Positions 18,585-29,400 of a stretch of 36,216 bases of DNA are shown here, piece after piece. Source of the stretch: Trichomonas gallinae (taxonomy: Eukaryota). The stretch lies in NCBI GenBank assembly GCA_008369845.1, contig MRSU01010800.1:1-36216 (forward strand). The letters run 5' to 3'. Every line of letters starts with the position of its first letter. Position 1 is the first letter of the stretch. The notes under the pieces are model-generated. The model had not been told where the DNA came from. It searched no databases and saw only the letters and a program-made list of their open reading frames with translations. The position numbers were made by a program, and so were the translations under genes.

Positions 18585-20000
18585 TCAATTTCTATTCAAA
18601 AAGTTTTGAAACATTGAAGCATTGGCTTTTGATTCACTAAAAGGTTCAACCGTAGTCACAAATGGAATATATTCTGATGGAAGAACAATTCCCGATAATA
18701 TAATTGTATCTGCTTGTTTTTCGACGGGGTTTTGAACAAGATCATCAATATCAACCAATTGGAATTCCAATAAGGTACGATTGACTGTATATGGCCCTTG
18801 ATTGATTAATTTAACAATTCTACTTCCAAATTCATTGACAAGGCAATGTTCATTCGATGGATTTGTATAAAGTGCAAGTGCGTCATCCTTTTTCATATTA
18901 AGCTCAAGGGCAAGACCCAAAGCAGTTTTATATTGCGTATTTGTTGGATTCAAAACAACTGCATTTTGAAAAGCAATCGTCGACTGCGAATACTGCGACA
19001 TCTTAATGAAGCAAAATCCAAGCAAATACCAAAAAGCGTGATCCATATTATTAGAATCCAACAATTCTCTTATTAAAGAGCAAGCATTAAGATATTTCTC
19101 GTTAAGTATCAATACGTAAATGTTCATTATTAAAACATCGCGATCTGTCTGATCATCTGCTCTAAGAATACTCATATCGAACAAATCTGTAGCTTGTGTA
19201 TATTTAATTTTTGAATAGTATACCTGTTTAAAGGATCTGTAGTCTCCTAGTGTATGAACTGTGAAATAATTCAGAAAAGAATGATAATTCCCCTCTTTTT
19301 GAATAATGGAATCGGTTTGTTGCACGATTACATCATTCTTAGTAATATAGCGTGAGCTGAAATTTTTAAGAAATTCGAAATCGTCGATCGATTCTTGAAA
19401 TTGCTTTGTTCTTCGATAAGCAACACCACGTAAAAAGCGAGAATAGAACATTATATTTTCATTCGGATGATTGATTGTTTTAGAAAATAACTCTATTGAT
19501 AATTTGTATTCTTTTCTATAAAAATAAATGTAACCATATACATATGGTCGTTCATCTGTAGATATATCTAATCCATATTGTAGAGCTGATATCAAAAATG
19601 AAGAAGCTCTAAATATGTCTCCTAAAATCAAAAATGCAATTCCTAAATTGTATAATATTCCGGATTCTTGGTCGTATTTCTGATTATTAGTGATAAATTT
19701 CATTATTTCTCGATAATAAAAATCGTATTGGCATTGTTGTAATATATTTTCATCTAAATTCATAAAAAAAGGAAGTATTTTGAGTTTGGCACGTTCAGCT
19801 AAACGATGTGCACCTAATGTTTGAGCTTTTTCTAGCATTTGAATCCAACTATTTAAAGTTTTCTTTTCCAAAGTTTCTAATTGGCCATTTAAATAGGCTT
19901 CATCATATGGAGGAGTTGATGTGGTAAATGTTCTCGTTGCAGGAATGCCAAGCAGCTGTTGAAATCCAGCTGCTTCAATCTTAGGGTTGTTTGATTCCAT
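18585..20000 (-). CDS. TPR-repeat protein, Cyc8/Ssn6 (UTX-TPR)-like corepressor
   Basis: Multiple TPRs (ILYNLGIAFLILGDIFRASSFLISAL; FWYLLGFCFIKMSQYSQSTIAFQNAVVLNPTN). The N-terminal NSWIQMLEKAQTLG resembles Cyc8 TPR1 (ETWLSIASLAETLG). First ATG is at 20000; the ORF track starts at an upstream GTG. Confidence 0.75.
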   Translation of the reverse strand: MESNNPKIEAAGFQQLLGIPATRTFTTSTPPYDEAYLNGQLETLEKKTLNSWIQMLEKAQTLGAHRLAERAKLKILPFFMNLDENILQQCQYDFYYREIMKFITNNQKYDQESGILYNLGIAFLILGDIFRASSFLISALQYGLDISTDERPYVYGYIYFYRKEYKLSIELFSKTINHPNENIMFYSRFLRGVAYRRTKQFQESIDDFEFLKNFSSRYITKNDVIVQQTDSIIQKEGNYHSFLNYFTVHTLGDYRSFKQVYYSKIKYTQATDLFDMSILRADDQTDRDVLIMNIYVLILNEKYLNACSLIRELLDSNNMDHAFWYLLGFCFIKMSQYSQSTIAFQNAVVLNPTNTQYKTALGLALELNMKKDDALALYTNPSNEHCLVNEFGSRIVKLINQGPYTVNRTLLEFQLVDIDDLVQNPVEKQADTIILSGIVLPSEYIPFVTTVEPFSESKANASMFQNFLNRN

Positions 20001-20452
20001 GCAAAATTTAAAAAATATCACGGACTTGTTTTTGCTTCAATACCTTTTTATATATAATAGTAATTGATGTTTGGGATAAATAAACATATAGAGAAAGACA
20101 TTAAGTAAGTGATATATTGATTTATCACTAAATTTAATATGATTTTATTCAATTCATATCAAAATTAAAATTAATTTTATCAAAAAGCTGTCAAATTAAC
20201 TAATTCGCCGAATTATCATCCATAAAAAGCCATGCATTCTTAAAAGCCCACAATATCGATAGCATATTGAAATTTCAATTGTTTGCATTTTAATCCGAAT
20301 TTTTCCACTTTTGTATTTGATCATCACAATTGCATCGTGAACAGATGCTGAGAGATACAAATAAAATTGAAATTAATTTTTAAAATGTTTTAATAAGTAA
20401 CAAATACAATTAATATAACAAACAGAATAAATCGCTTGGATTATAGCCAATA

Positions 20453-21661
20453 TTATTGCTTGATATTTGCTAATAATCTTGTTAATTGTGGTGATTGATG
20501 TATTGCATCGGTATATGCATCTTCAAACATCGGTTTCGCTATACAAGGAACATAACTATAATTTTCTACTCCATGTACATTGAATCCGACAATTATTTCA
20601 TCATAATTTGCAGCCAGTGCATCAGTTGCTGGCATTTTGTCTGTAAAAATGGTATGAAGGAAGGCTGCTGAACTCATTCCAGAAGCTGGAAGATCTCCAG
20701 CATGTAAAACTTCCATTTCCCTGTCATACATCATTAATTTACTGGGATGATTCGCTGACTTAGGTGGAATGCTTGTAATATGAGGAATTGTCTTATTATT
20801 GATGGTGTCAGCCACTTTTAGTAATAAATCTTCTGAAATATCAGATACAAGCACGAAAAATGTAACAGGTCCTTTATCGAACCTGATGAGTGTTGCAATA
20901 ATGATATCAGAGTCTGGTATTTCTGCTTTCATATTTTGCTCATTCAAAATTTGTTCCCTGTTTTCGCGTGTTAAATATACTTTATCTTGTGGTGATAAAG
21001 GTGAACAAAATTGGTACAAACGAATGATTGGTGGCGGAGACATAGAAATTAATAATTGATTGTCGACAAAACAAGTCATTCCCCATATTCTTGGATCTGT
21101 GTTCATCATATAAAGCTCAACTAATCCTGTTGGAAGCAATGAAGGATGTTTTTCTGCAATATCGAAGGCCGGAAATGTAAGATTTTGAATGGATTCATTT
21201 TTCGGAGTAATCAAATTCATAATCCTGTCACATTCTGTGAGTAAAAAGTTTTTGAGTGTTAAGTTGTTGCTGATTCCATCAGGTCCGAGAATGAAAAATA
21301 AACCTTTTAACAAATCATCAGCTTTTTGTTTTACAACAGCATCTTCATAAACAGATGATAGCGATAATATGAATACAGTAAAAGTTTTGTCAGCTCTTTC
21401 TTGATATTTGATGACAATTTTTTGATCTTGAAGGGAAAGGAAATCAAGATGCTTTCCATTCAATGATATATTGGAATATGTATCTAATGATATAAAAACA
21501 GATAATAGTTGTTCCGTAATTGCAGAATCTGCTTTTGGAGGATGCAAATATATTATATTTTCGCTATTTTTCTGGGTTTCTTCCTCCAATTTATTGCCTA
21601 TTTGAAAAGGTTTGTGATGATAAGCAATAAATATTGGACGAATTGGTGGATTTTCTGCCAT
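20453..21661 (-). CDS. Longin-domain protein of the CCZ1/HPS4/INTU type (putative Rab GEF subunit)
   Basis: The N-terminal pattern IFIAY…EEE…ENIIYLHP, followed by a helix and beta strands, fits the first longin domain of CCZ1 (FFIYN…EE.KILFYHP). WGMTCFVDNQLLIS fits a second longin start. Inr-like TCACTTTT lies just upstream on the - strand. Confidence 0.6.
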   Translation of the reverse strand: MAENPPIRPIFIAYHHKPFQIGNKLEEETQKNSENIIYLHPPKADSAITEQLLSVFISLDTYSNISLNGKHLDFLSLQDQKIVIKYQERADKTFTVFILSLSSVYEDAVVKQKADDLLKGLFFILGPDGISNNLTLKNFLLTECDRIMNLITPKNESIQNLTFPAFDIAEKHPSLLPTGLVELYMMNTDPRIWGMTCFVDNQLLISMSPPPIIRLYQFCSPLSPQDKVYLTRENREQILNEQNMKAEIPDSDIIIATLIRFDKGPVTFFVLVSDISEDLLLKVADTINNKTIPHITSIPPKSANHPSKLMMYDREMEVLHAGDLPASGMSSAAFLHTIFTDKMPATDALAANYDEIIVGFNVHGVENYSYVPCIAKPMFEDAYTDAIHQSPQLTRLLANIKQ

Positions 21662-22273
21662 GATATTTTTAAAAGTGACATATAACCTTATTTCATCATT
21701 CTATCATATCTACAAATCCACTACATAAATAAATTGATATTTTGCTACATCAATGTTTATTTTCACGAAATATTGCGATTGATTTAGTAATTTGGATTGA
21801 CATTATAATTAATTTTTTTAAATATAATTTCAACATAAAATGAATTAACAAATCTACATCTATATGCAGAAAAACTAAGCTGATTTAATATAACCTTTTC
21901 TAGATCTAATGTAAAAATTCATAAATTTCAAATATATATTAAACGATGCTATCTATAAATTTGCTTCAAACTAATATAATAAAGCATATATGTATTAGAC
22001 TATCTATATGTTTGATATCTAAGCACTAGCACTGTAGAATAATACAGAAAAAAATCAAATTTCAAGATAAATATCAAATGTTCAATCCACTGTTATATGA
22101 GAAAAAGTAAAACAGAACTTACGTATACTCCAACACTGTAATATTTTTTTACTGGGAATATTATTTTATCATTTTTCATCAAATTGGTTTAAAACTGATA
22201 TTACTCATATAGCATGTTTTTCTCAAATTCTTTGATTTAGCAAAAGAAAATAAATGTAATATAAAAATATAAT

Positions 22274-23686
22274 TTATGAATCGCTGACAAGTTGGTCGTA
22301 TTCGTGAAGGACGTATGTTTCCCATGGAGTGAGGCCTTTTGTTGCTTCGTCGAGGCTTGGGTTGACCATTGGGAACTGATACTCTTTTGTAAGGAATTTC
22401 TGGATATCGAACAGCGTGTTGAAGAACATGTCTGCCTGCTTAGAGCGGATGAGGTCTTCGACTGTGACATATGCTGGGTTTACTGGTGCGATGACATCGA
22501 TGAGCTGTTTCTGGATGTCTTCGAATGGGATTGTTTCGTTACCAGTCATCTTGATCTGCTCGAACTGAACTGCGTAGAGCTGCTCGATCTCTGACATTGA
22601 CAAAATGCCATCATCGTCGAGGTCGCAGATTCTGTACCAGAAGTTGATGGATGTGCGGTTTGTCTTATCTTCGCTAGACATAAGGAAGTATGAGAAGGCT
22701 GGGAAGTCAATAACTTGCCTTTTAGACTGATTTCTTGGATAAGAGTTCGATTTGAAGAAGCGCTCAATGATAAGTGGAGAAATTGTAGAATCATTGAACT
22801 TGAGCATATCATCCTTGCAAATGAAGCCATCGTTGTCGACATCGAGATCCCAGAATTTGCAGAAAGCAACATAGAAGTGCTGGTAGTTGAAAATATGGTG
22901 CGTTTCGTTGATATCTGGCATCTGGAAAGCGTTAAGGAAGATAGATGCGATACCATATTTTCTGAACTGCATAACTGATGCTGTTCCTCTTAATTCTGTA
23001 TCCATCTGGTAGAAGCATCTAGTGACAATGAAATCCACGAACTTTTCCTGGAAAAGAGGCTCATTTTCAAGGAAGTTGAGTGATTCGTGTGTCTCGATGA
23101 TTGATTGGACAAAGAGTGTGAGGTCATTTGGAACAATTGCATTCTTGTGTGGACCAGCGCAGAATCTGAAGAATCTCTCATCTGGATCGCGGCCTGCAAT
23201 ATGCTTTTCGTAGAAATTGAGGAATTTGCCAGCGTCAGAGCCATACAACTTAATAATGACTGGTGCGAAGCATCCTGGAAGGCTGCACTGTTCTTTAAGG
23301 ATTATATCAAGAACTTGTGTTGTGATAACATCGGATTTAATCAAAGCCTTGACTTCATTCATCTCTTGAGATGGATCTCCTGGCCCGTAAAATGTCGGAA
23401 TCTGAATATTTTCAAACGGCTCGAGTGTAATTCTGCCAAGATTTGATTTTGTCATTGTTGGGTTGATTACAGACTTCTGAGGTGTTACCATTGTCTGTGG
23501 GAGCTTAGGCTGCGGTCTAGAAGTTGTTTTAGTCTCATTGAATAATGAAAAATCAAAATCGACTGCCTGGTTCTGTTCTAATGCATCAGCCGTAGCTGCG
23601 ATTTCATTCAATATTTTTAATGTTGAGACGTCGGTCAGCCACTGCGAAAAGAAGCCGTCGAGCTTAAGGTCAACGTCGACTTGCAT
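22274..23686 (-). CDS. Protein phosphatase 2A regulatory subunit B'' (PR72/PR130 family, EF-hand)
   Basis: Family motifs ETHESLNFL…FQEKFVDFIVTRCFY, FNYQHFYVAFCKFWDLDVDNDGFI (EF-hand) and SEDKTNRTSINFWYRICDLDDDGILS (EF-hand). Confidence 0.95.
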   Translation of the reverse strand: MQVDVDLKLDGFFSQWLTDVSTLKILNEIAATADALEQNQAVDFDFSLFNETKTTSRPQPKLPQTMVTPQKSVINPTMTKSNLGRITLEPFENIQIPTFYGPGDPSQEMNEVKALIKSDVITTQVLDIILKEQCSLPGCFAPVIIKLYGSDAGKFLNFYEKHIAGRDPDERFFRFCAGPHKNAIVPNDLTLFVQSIIETHESLNFLENEPLFQEKFVDFIVTRCFYQMDTELRGTASVMQFRKYGIASIFLNAFQMPDINETHHIFNYQHFYVAFCKFWDLDVDNDGFICKDDMLKFNDSTISPLIIERFFKSNSYPRNQSKRQVIDFPAFSYFLMSSEDKTNRTSINFWYRICDLDDDGILSMSEIEQLYAVQFEQIKMTGNETIPFEDIQKQLIDVIAPVNPAYVTVEDLIRSKQADMFFNTLFDIQKFLTKEYQFPMVNPSLDEATKGLTPWETYVLHEYDQLVSDS

Positions 23687-24696
23687 TTTTGGCGACGATT
23701 ATTTTGTAAAGTCCATTACACTTATTATTTTGGTTTTGTCATCATATCTACTAGATATTATAACTATCGTTCTATTATCATATCTAGTAGTTATTTATCA
23801 TCTATAAAACGAACTATACATAGAATGTTCCTTTATATTCCGATGATATTTGTAGATGACACGTAAATATGTTATTTGACATGTAAAATAGAAAATCGAC
23901 ATTTAATCGGAAGTAAGAAATTTACTTACATTAAACTTCCTAACGAAGCTTGAGCCTTAATAATTCTACCATATAATCAAAATATGTATATAAGTATAAT
24001 GTCTAGTTTACTAAGATTTTTACATGGGATTTTTGGAGTTATTGCAGGTACATTTGACGCATGTCACGTAAAAAATAATTTTGACATGTAAATTGATGAT
24101 AAATCTGAAATATGACACGCAAAATATTAATTATCGAAATCTATAGTGTAATTGCTATTATGAATAAGATATGCCTGAGATTTGATTCTAGATGTGGCAA
24201 AACTATTATTTTACAATGAATCAATTGCATATTATTTAGAAATTGAATAATATATTATATTTTTGGATTCTATAGAAGAAAATGAATAAAAATCATGAGA
24301 TGAGGAAATAATTATGCAAATGATATGCTTATAGGTTTAATGATAAGATCTATTGACAATAAAGCTGTCGTATTGTCCTAATTATACGTTTCCCCTCAAT
24401 ATTTTGAATAGACCCTTAATTCGAAAATAATTAACCTTATTGAACGGTTTTGCTAACTATGAAAATTTTGAATGAGTCAATTGAAAAGTTTTATTTACTT
24501 CGAGTTTTCAATGAGTTCATTATTATCAACATTATCAGCATTATAGAATTTTCCGTTCCGATTAATAAATTTTGAACCATAGGAAATGTATAGTATGTTA
24601 CATATAGTAGTCATATTTAAAATTATTTTTTTAAAATAAGACGTTATTAATTAAGAAATATTTGTGAAAGTTATTACGCAAAATTTCTAACAAAAC

Positions 24697-25830
24697 ATGG
24701 CTGATGAAATTCCTGAGTACATCCACCAGTATAAAATCAACGGGCTTATAGGGAAGGGTGCCTTTGCATGCGTTTACAAAGCGTTCAACCCTGAATTACG
24801 ACGTTTATTCGCAATTAAATGCATAAAGAAGGCTTCATTGCAGACAGCTAAGGATGAGGAGTCTTTCCAACGAGAGGTTGATACAATGGCTTACATGAAC
24901 CATCCGGGTTTAGTCAAATTGCACAACATGTTCGAAGATGACGATAATTTTTATCTTGTTCTCGATTATTGCGCAGGAGGCGAGCTTTTTGATTACATTT
25001 TACAGAAAAAGAGACTGGATGAACCAACGGCCGCTCTAGTCTTCAAGCAAATAGTGTCAGCAATAAGCTATTGTCATTCTATGGGAATTGCGCACCGCGA
25101 TCTGAAGCCTGAGAACATTCTAATTGACAAGTTTCCGAAAGTACTCGTATCAGATTTCGGTCTTTGCGGCTATTTAAAAGAATCAAAATTAATGTCAACA
25201 TTTGTAGGCTCACCGATTTACACGGCACCTGAATGCTTGATGAGTCAAGAGTACGACGGAAGGCTCAGCGATATTTGGTCTCTTGGCGTCATATTGTTCG
25301 GCATGGTTACTGGCGAGCATCCGTGGAAAACGAACAACACCGCGCAAATGGTGAAGCAGATTACCTCCGCTGAGTTCACGTATCCAAGCTATTTGTCGAA
25401 AGGATGCAAAGACTTGATCGGATCGATGTTGAAAGCAGATCCACTTGAAAGAAGCCCGTTAAGCGCGATTCTCAAGGACGACTGGTTCGACAATGAGAGT
25501 AAGTCTTCATTTTCAACATCAATGATTGGAAAGAAGCTGTTAACACGTGAAGAACCTGATGCACCCGAAATTGAGATGTGGAAACTTGCCGAAGAGTCAA
25601 GATGTGCCAGTAAATTACGGTTTGATCATAATATCATCTCACCATTCACAGATGAAGTCTCTCCGCGCCAGAAACAGCCACATTTAGTTTTGCAAAACAA
25701 AATTAAAAACGACTCACCCAGAGTTTTAGTTGCTAAGCAGAGTGTTTTCAGGAAGGCTGGTACTTCTCTGTCAATGCATAAGCAATTAGGCTCAATTTCA
25801 AAGAGCGCGTATTCTTTCCACGAATTGTAA
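24697..25830 (+). CDS. CAMK-group (SNF1/AMPK-like) Ser/Thr protein kinase
   Basis: All catalytic motifs are intact: IGKGAFA, AIK, GGELFDYI, HRDLKPEN, DFG, STFVGSPIYTAPE, DIWSLGVIL. Confidence 0.95.
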   Translation: MADEIPEYIHQYKINGLIGKGAFACVYKAFNPELRRLFAIKCIKKASLQTAKDEESFQREVDTMAYMNHPGLVKLHNMFEDDDNFYLVLDYCAGGELFDYILQKKRLDEPTAALVFKQIVSAISYCHSMGIAHRDLKPENILIDKFPKVLVSDFGLCGYLKESKLMSTFVGSPIYTAPECLMSQEYDGRLSDIWSLGVILFGMVTGEHPWKTNNTAQMVKQITSAEFTYPSYLSKGCKDLIGSMLKADPLERSPLSAILKDDWFDNESKSSFSTSMIGKKLLTREEPDAPEIEMWKLAEESRCASKLRFDHNIISPFTDEVSPRQKQPHLVLQNKIKNDSPRVLVAKQSVFRKAGTSLSMHKQLGSISKSAYSFHEL

Positions 25831-26467
25831 TTAGATATATCCGTTTTTGTTTGATTGTTTGATTAAATAATTCATATTCTTCTTATATAGAATGAATTTA
25901 TACATAAAAACGAATAATGAAATTGAAAAATAATCAAAAAATTGCTACAGGAGACATATAAAACAGCTATATACTAGTGAACGAGATAATTAATGCAAAA
26001 ATTTATGGCTAATTAACCTCAATATTTATAATCAAAATTTGTTTTATTACAGGTGATCTTCTAAACTCTATTACATGATACTAATTATCAACAACTAACT
26101 ATATATTGGTCAATAACTTGACAATTTAAATTTTTATTTTGAATCTTTAATTATTGAAAGAATTTGCTCTGTAATAAAGTGTCATGTATTAAAATTTACA
26201 TACATGTTAGCAAACTAATGCGAATTCTTCATTATCTATGCTCAAGTTCGATATATTTTGAAAACCAAAATATATATTGTGAAACACTCTATAATCAATC
26301 CAATGCAATATGAAAATGTCTATAAAGCAATGATTTATCGATATAAGACGTCATAGATCTTCGATCAAAGCTAAAATACTTTATATCATAATAAAAATAT
26401 GATAAAATACAAGATTTGAGAAATAGAAATTATTATTTTATATATATACAAAACATAATTAGATTAT

Positions 26468-29400
26468 CTAGTCGAAGTCAGAAGAATCGTCGATATCTTG
26501 CCATTCGTTTTCGTTATCATCATTTCTCTTTGTGTTTGTCGACAGCATCTTCAATGATATAGTCTCAGTGCTAGGTTTCGATGCTTGTAACTCATGTCTC
26601 TTCAACACAGAGATGGCAATTCTCATTTTATCTTCATCGATGTTGTCAGCTGTTATATTATCATTAATCATCATGATCATTCTCGCGAAAGCCGCGGTAA
26701 CTTTCAGTCCATATGTCTTAGATGGGCCCCACTTGCGAACAGCATCCAAAATTCCGTTGACAATGGCCGTGCAGTCGAATGTGTTATCATAGAAAATCTT
26801 GTTGATTGAAAATGTAACGAAATCGATAATATTTGTTGCAGAAATCGGTCCAACTTTGTCTAATATCGCAACAGCACTCGACAGAACTCCTCTGCTCAAG
26901 ACATCCATTGCTATTGGATCATTTCTTGCAAGAAGATAAGCAATCAAATCTAATCCACCTGATAAAATTGCACGCTTGCAAAGCCTTGCTACACTTGATG
27001 CTGCAGCACAGCCAGGGAATTTCGTGAGTCCTCTCCTGCAGATGATGACGCCGAATTTAGTATCTTGCGCCAACAAAAACTCAGCCATTATGTCACTGAA
27101 CAAATCTTCGTCATCCAATTTGCTCATTAAAATTGTTGCTGCGCAAATTGCTTCATCGCATTTGAACTCGTTGTTGTTGAGCATTGTAACTATATATGAC
27201 GCAATCTGATTTGCATATTTCAGCACTTCAACAGACTTCAGCATCAAAACACTGCTCAATGCCAACGCTCCACATTTCTCTCTGATAACAGAATTCAACA
27301 GACCTAGAGCATTATCTTTTGCGCCATTTGATTTGCAGGCAGCAATGATAAAACTTGATATAACAGGCTTCATTAATGTGCTGCTCCGTGAGACAGCATC
27401 GCAGACGGTGTGAATAAGCTGGGCTAACATGTCTTTCGAAATATCTTGTTTGTAGTTTTCAAGTAAAGCTGTTGACGCGGCGACACCTGCTGTTGCCCTC
27501 CACGACTCAGAAGCAGTCATTGTTTCTAACGACAAGAAAGCTGCTAGAGTCTCCGAGTCGATGACTTGAGGCGAATAAGAGCGAAGCCAGACGCAAGACA
27601 ATAAAAATCTGCTGTAGAAGTGGCTGTATTGTGCGCGGAATCGCGACTGCTGTTCCCATGGACAGTTTTTAACTGTTCTTATCTTCACGCATTCAGTGAG
27701 CATCTCTTTGAAGTGCTCACTTATCGACTGGAAGAACTTAGAAAACTCTTTGACATATTCAGGCCTCGTTGAGCAGATTTCGACAACTTTTGATGCGATG
27801 TCTAAATAACCGAAAGAGCTTTTAGAGCATTTTTCTAATCCAGCAACAACTTGTCTTAATATTTCAGCCTTTGAATTCTTTCCATTTGACTCGAATAAAA
27901 ATTGCAGGAAAATTACAACGAAGTTCGCAGCGAGGTCAAGTGATGAAGGGAAAGCGTGCTTGCAGGCAATAGAGAACTGGCTTTCATACAGTTCTAATAT
28001 TGATGTCCCTTGTACTTGTCTGCTTGAGAAATTAGTAATAACATCGGCAAGCATCTTGTAAGCTGTTTCGTGCAGTTCCTTCTTCTGTGTTTCGACTGCG
28101 CGAATTGTTGATGTCATCATATCATCCAAACAGTCTGTCTTTAGAAGTGTCTGCTTCGACAAAACTGGCAGCAAAACTCTAGTGAAGTCCAATGCACAAG
28201 CTTTGACTCTTGTGTTCGGTTGAACATTGGCTGATCCAAATCCAGGCATTTTGTTAGATGATAATAAAGTCTTAGACAAAGTCAGCCAGTCTGGCATTCT
28301 GTGGTCAGCTGTTGATTTAGCCAAAGCAACAATGAACTGAGCAGCCCTTTGATCTTTAGTTCTCTGCAATAAAATTAAGATTGATGGTACTAAGTCGAAA
28401 TTTGCATCTGATAATGGAACAATCTGTGATGCATCAGCCATAGCACCGCAGACAGATAGTTTGAGCTCGCAAGTAGAATTCATTGGTGGGAAAGAAAGAG
28501 TGAACTTTTGCAACAATCTCGGTGAAAAAGCTAAAGCGGCTCTAAGAACTAAATGGAAGAACTCAGATGCATAAGGGACAGGTGTGTTCCTGAAGCACTG
28601 AATGACTAGTAACAACAAATCAAATGTAGATTCGTTGGACAAAAATGGAAGTAATATTGGAATTAATCGTTCAACGCATCTTTCGATCAGCATCAATGAA
28701 TGCGGATCATTTGTCGGCATCTGATACATGCACTTAAGAATAATCTGGCACTGAGCATCACCAACCATCATTGAAGCCAGTTGCTGGCTCATTGTTTCAT
28801 AGATCTCGCATAGAGCGTGCAATGCGTAAGTAAACAATGTTGGCTCTTTCATTGCGACTTGCATCGAATAAAGGCACAAAGTTATGACTGAATCACTCAT
28901 TGTGACGTGTCTTGATATAGAAGCGACTAAGAAGCATGTTGAGAATGTCCTCTGCTTCTCGATATACGACTGTATGTCTTTGAACGAGTCGTTATACTGA
29001 TTGATGTGGAAAGCCATGCATTCAGACAATATCTGACTTTCTTCGACTGTTATATGTTTCTGGAATAATTCTCTTAGCATTGCGTGATGGAAATCGTCTG
29101 GAATTGCTGTAGGACATATCTTGTAGAGCTGAAGAATAATGGCATATATAGGTAGTTTGACTTTCTCTTCCATGAGCTGCTGCAATTTGAGTTTTCTATC
29201 TTCTTCTTTGATATTTTCGAACATTTCAGGCATGGTCATAATCACTGCCTGTCCGAACGTAATTTCATCTGGAACGAATAGAAGAGAGCCAATATTAGGT
29301 GGAATGCCTTTGCGAGGAGTGAAATAATCCTTTGGAGTGATCATTGGCTGCATTAAATAAAGGGCAAACGGTCTTGTGATGCAATTTGGATTGATAAGCT

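Noticed and set aside
22237..23807. Many overlapping antisense and alternate-frame ORFs over the PP2A B'' gene, and similar short ORFs over the other long genes
   Set aside because: Explained by codon bias of the sense CDS. None has a recognisable motif and many start at non-ATG codons.
24110..24123. ATGACACGCAAA matches part of U6 snRNA (similar words at 23855 and 13881)
   Set aside because: No ACAGAGA box, AGC triad or internal stem-loop upstream. Better explained as the local TGACAYGYAAA DNA motif.
24671..24699. GT…TCTAAC-AAAACAT resembling a short Trichomonas intron before the kinase ATG
   Set aside because: It ends in CAT(G), not CAG, so there is no 3' splice site. I saw no ACTAACACACAG intron signature in the window.
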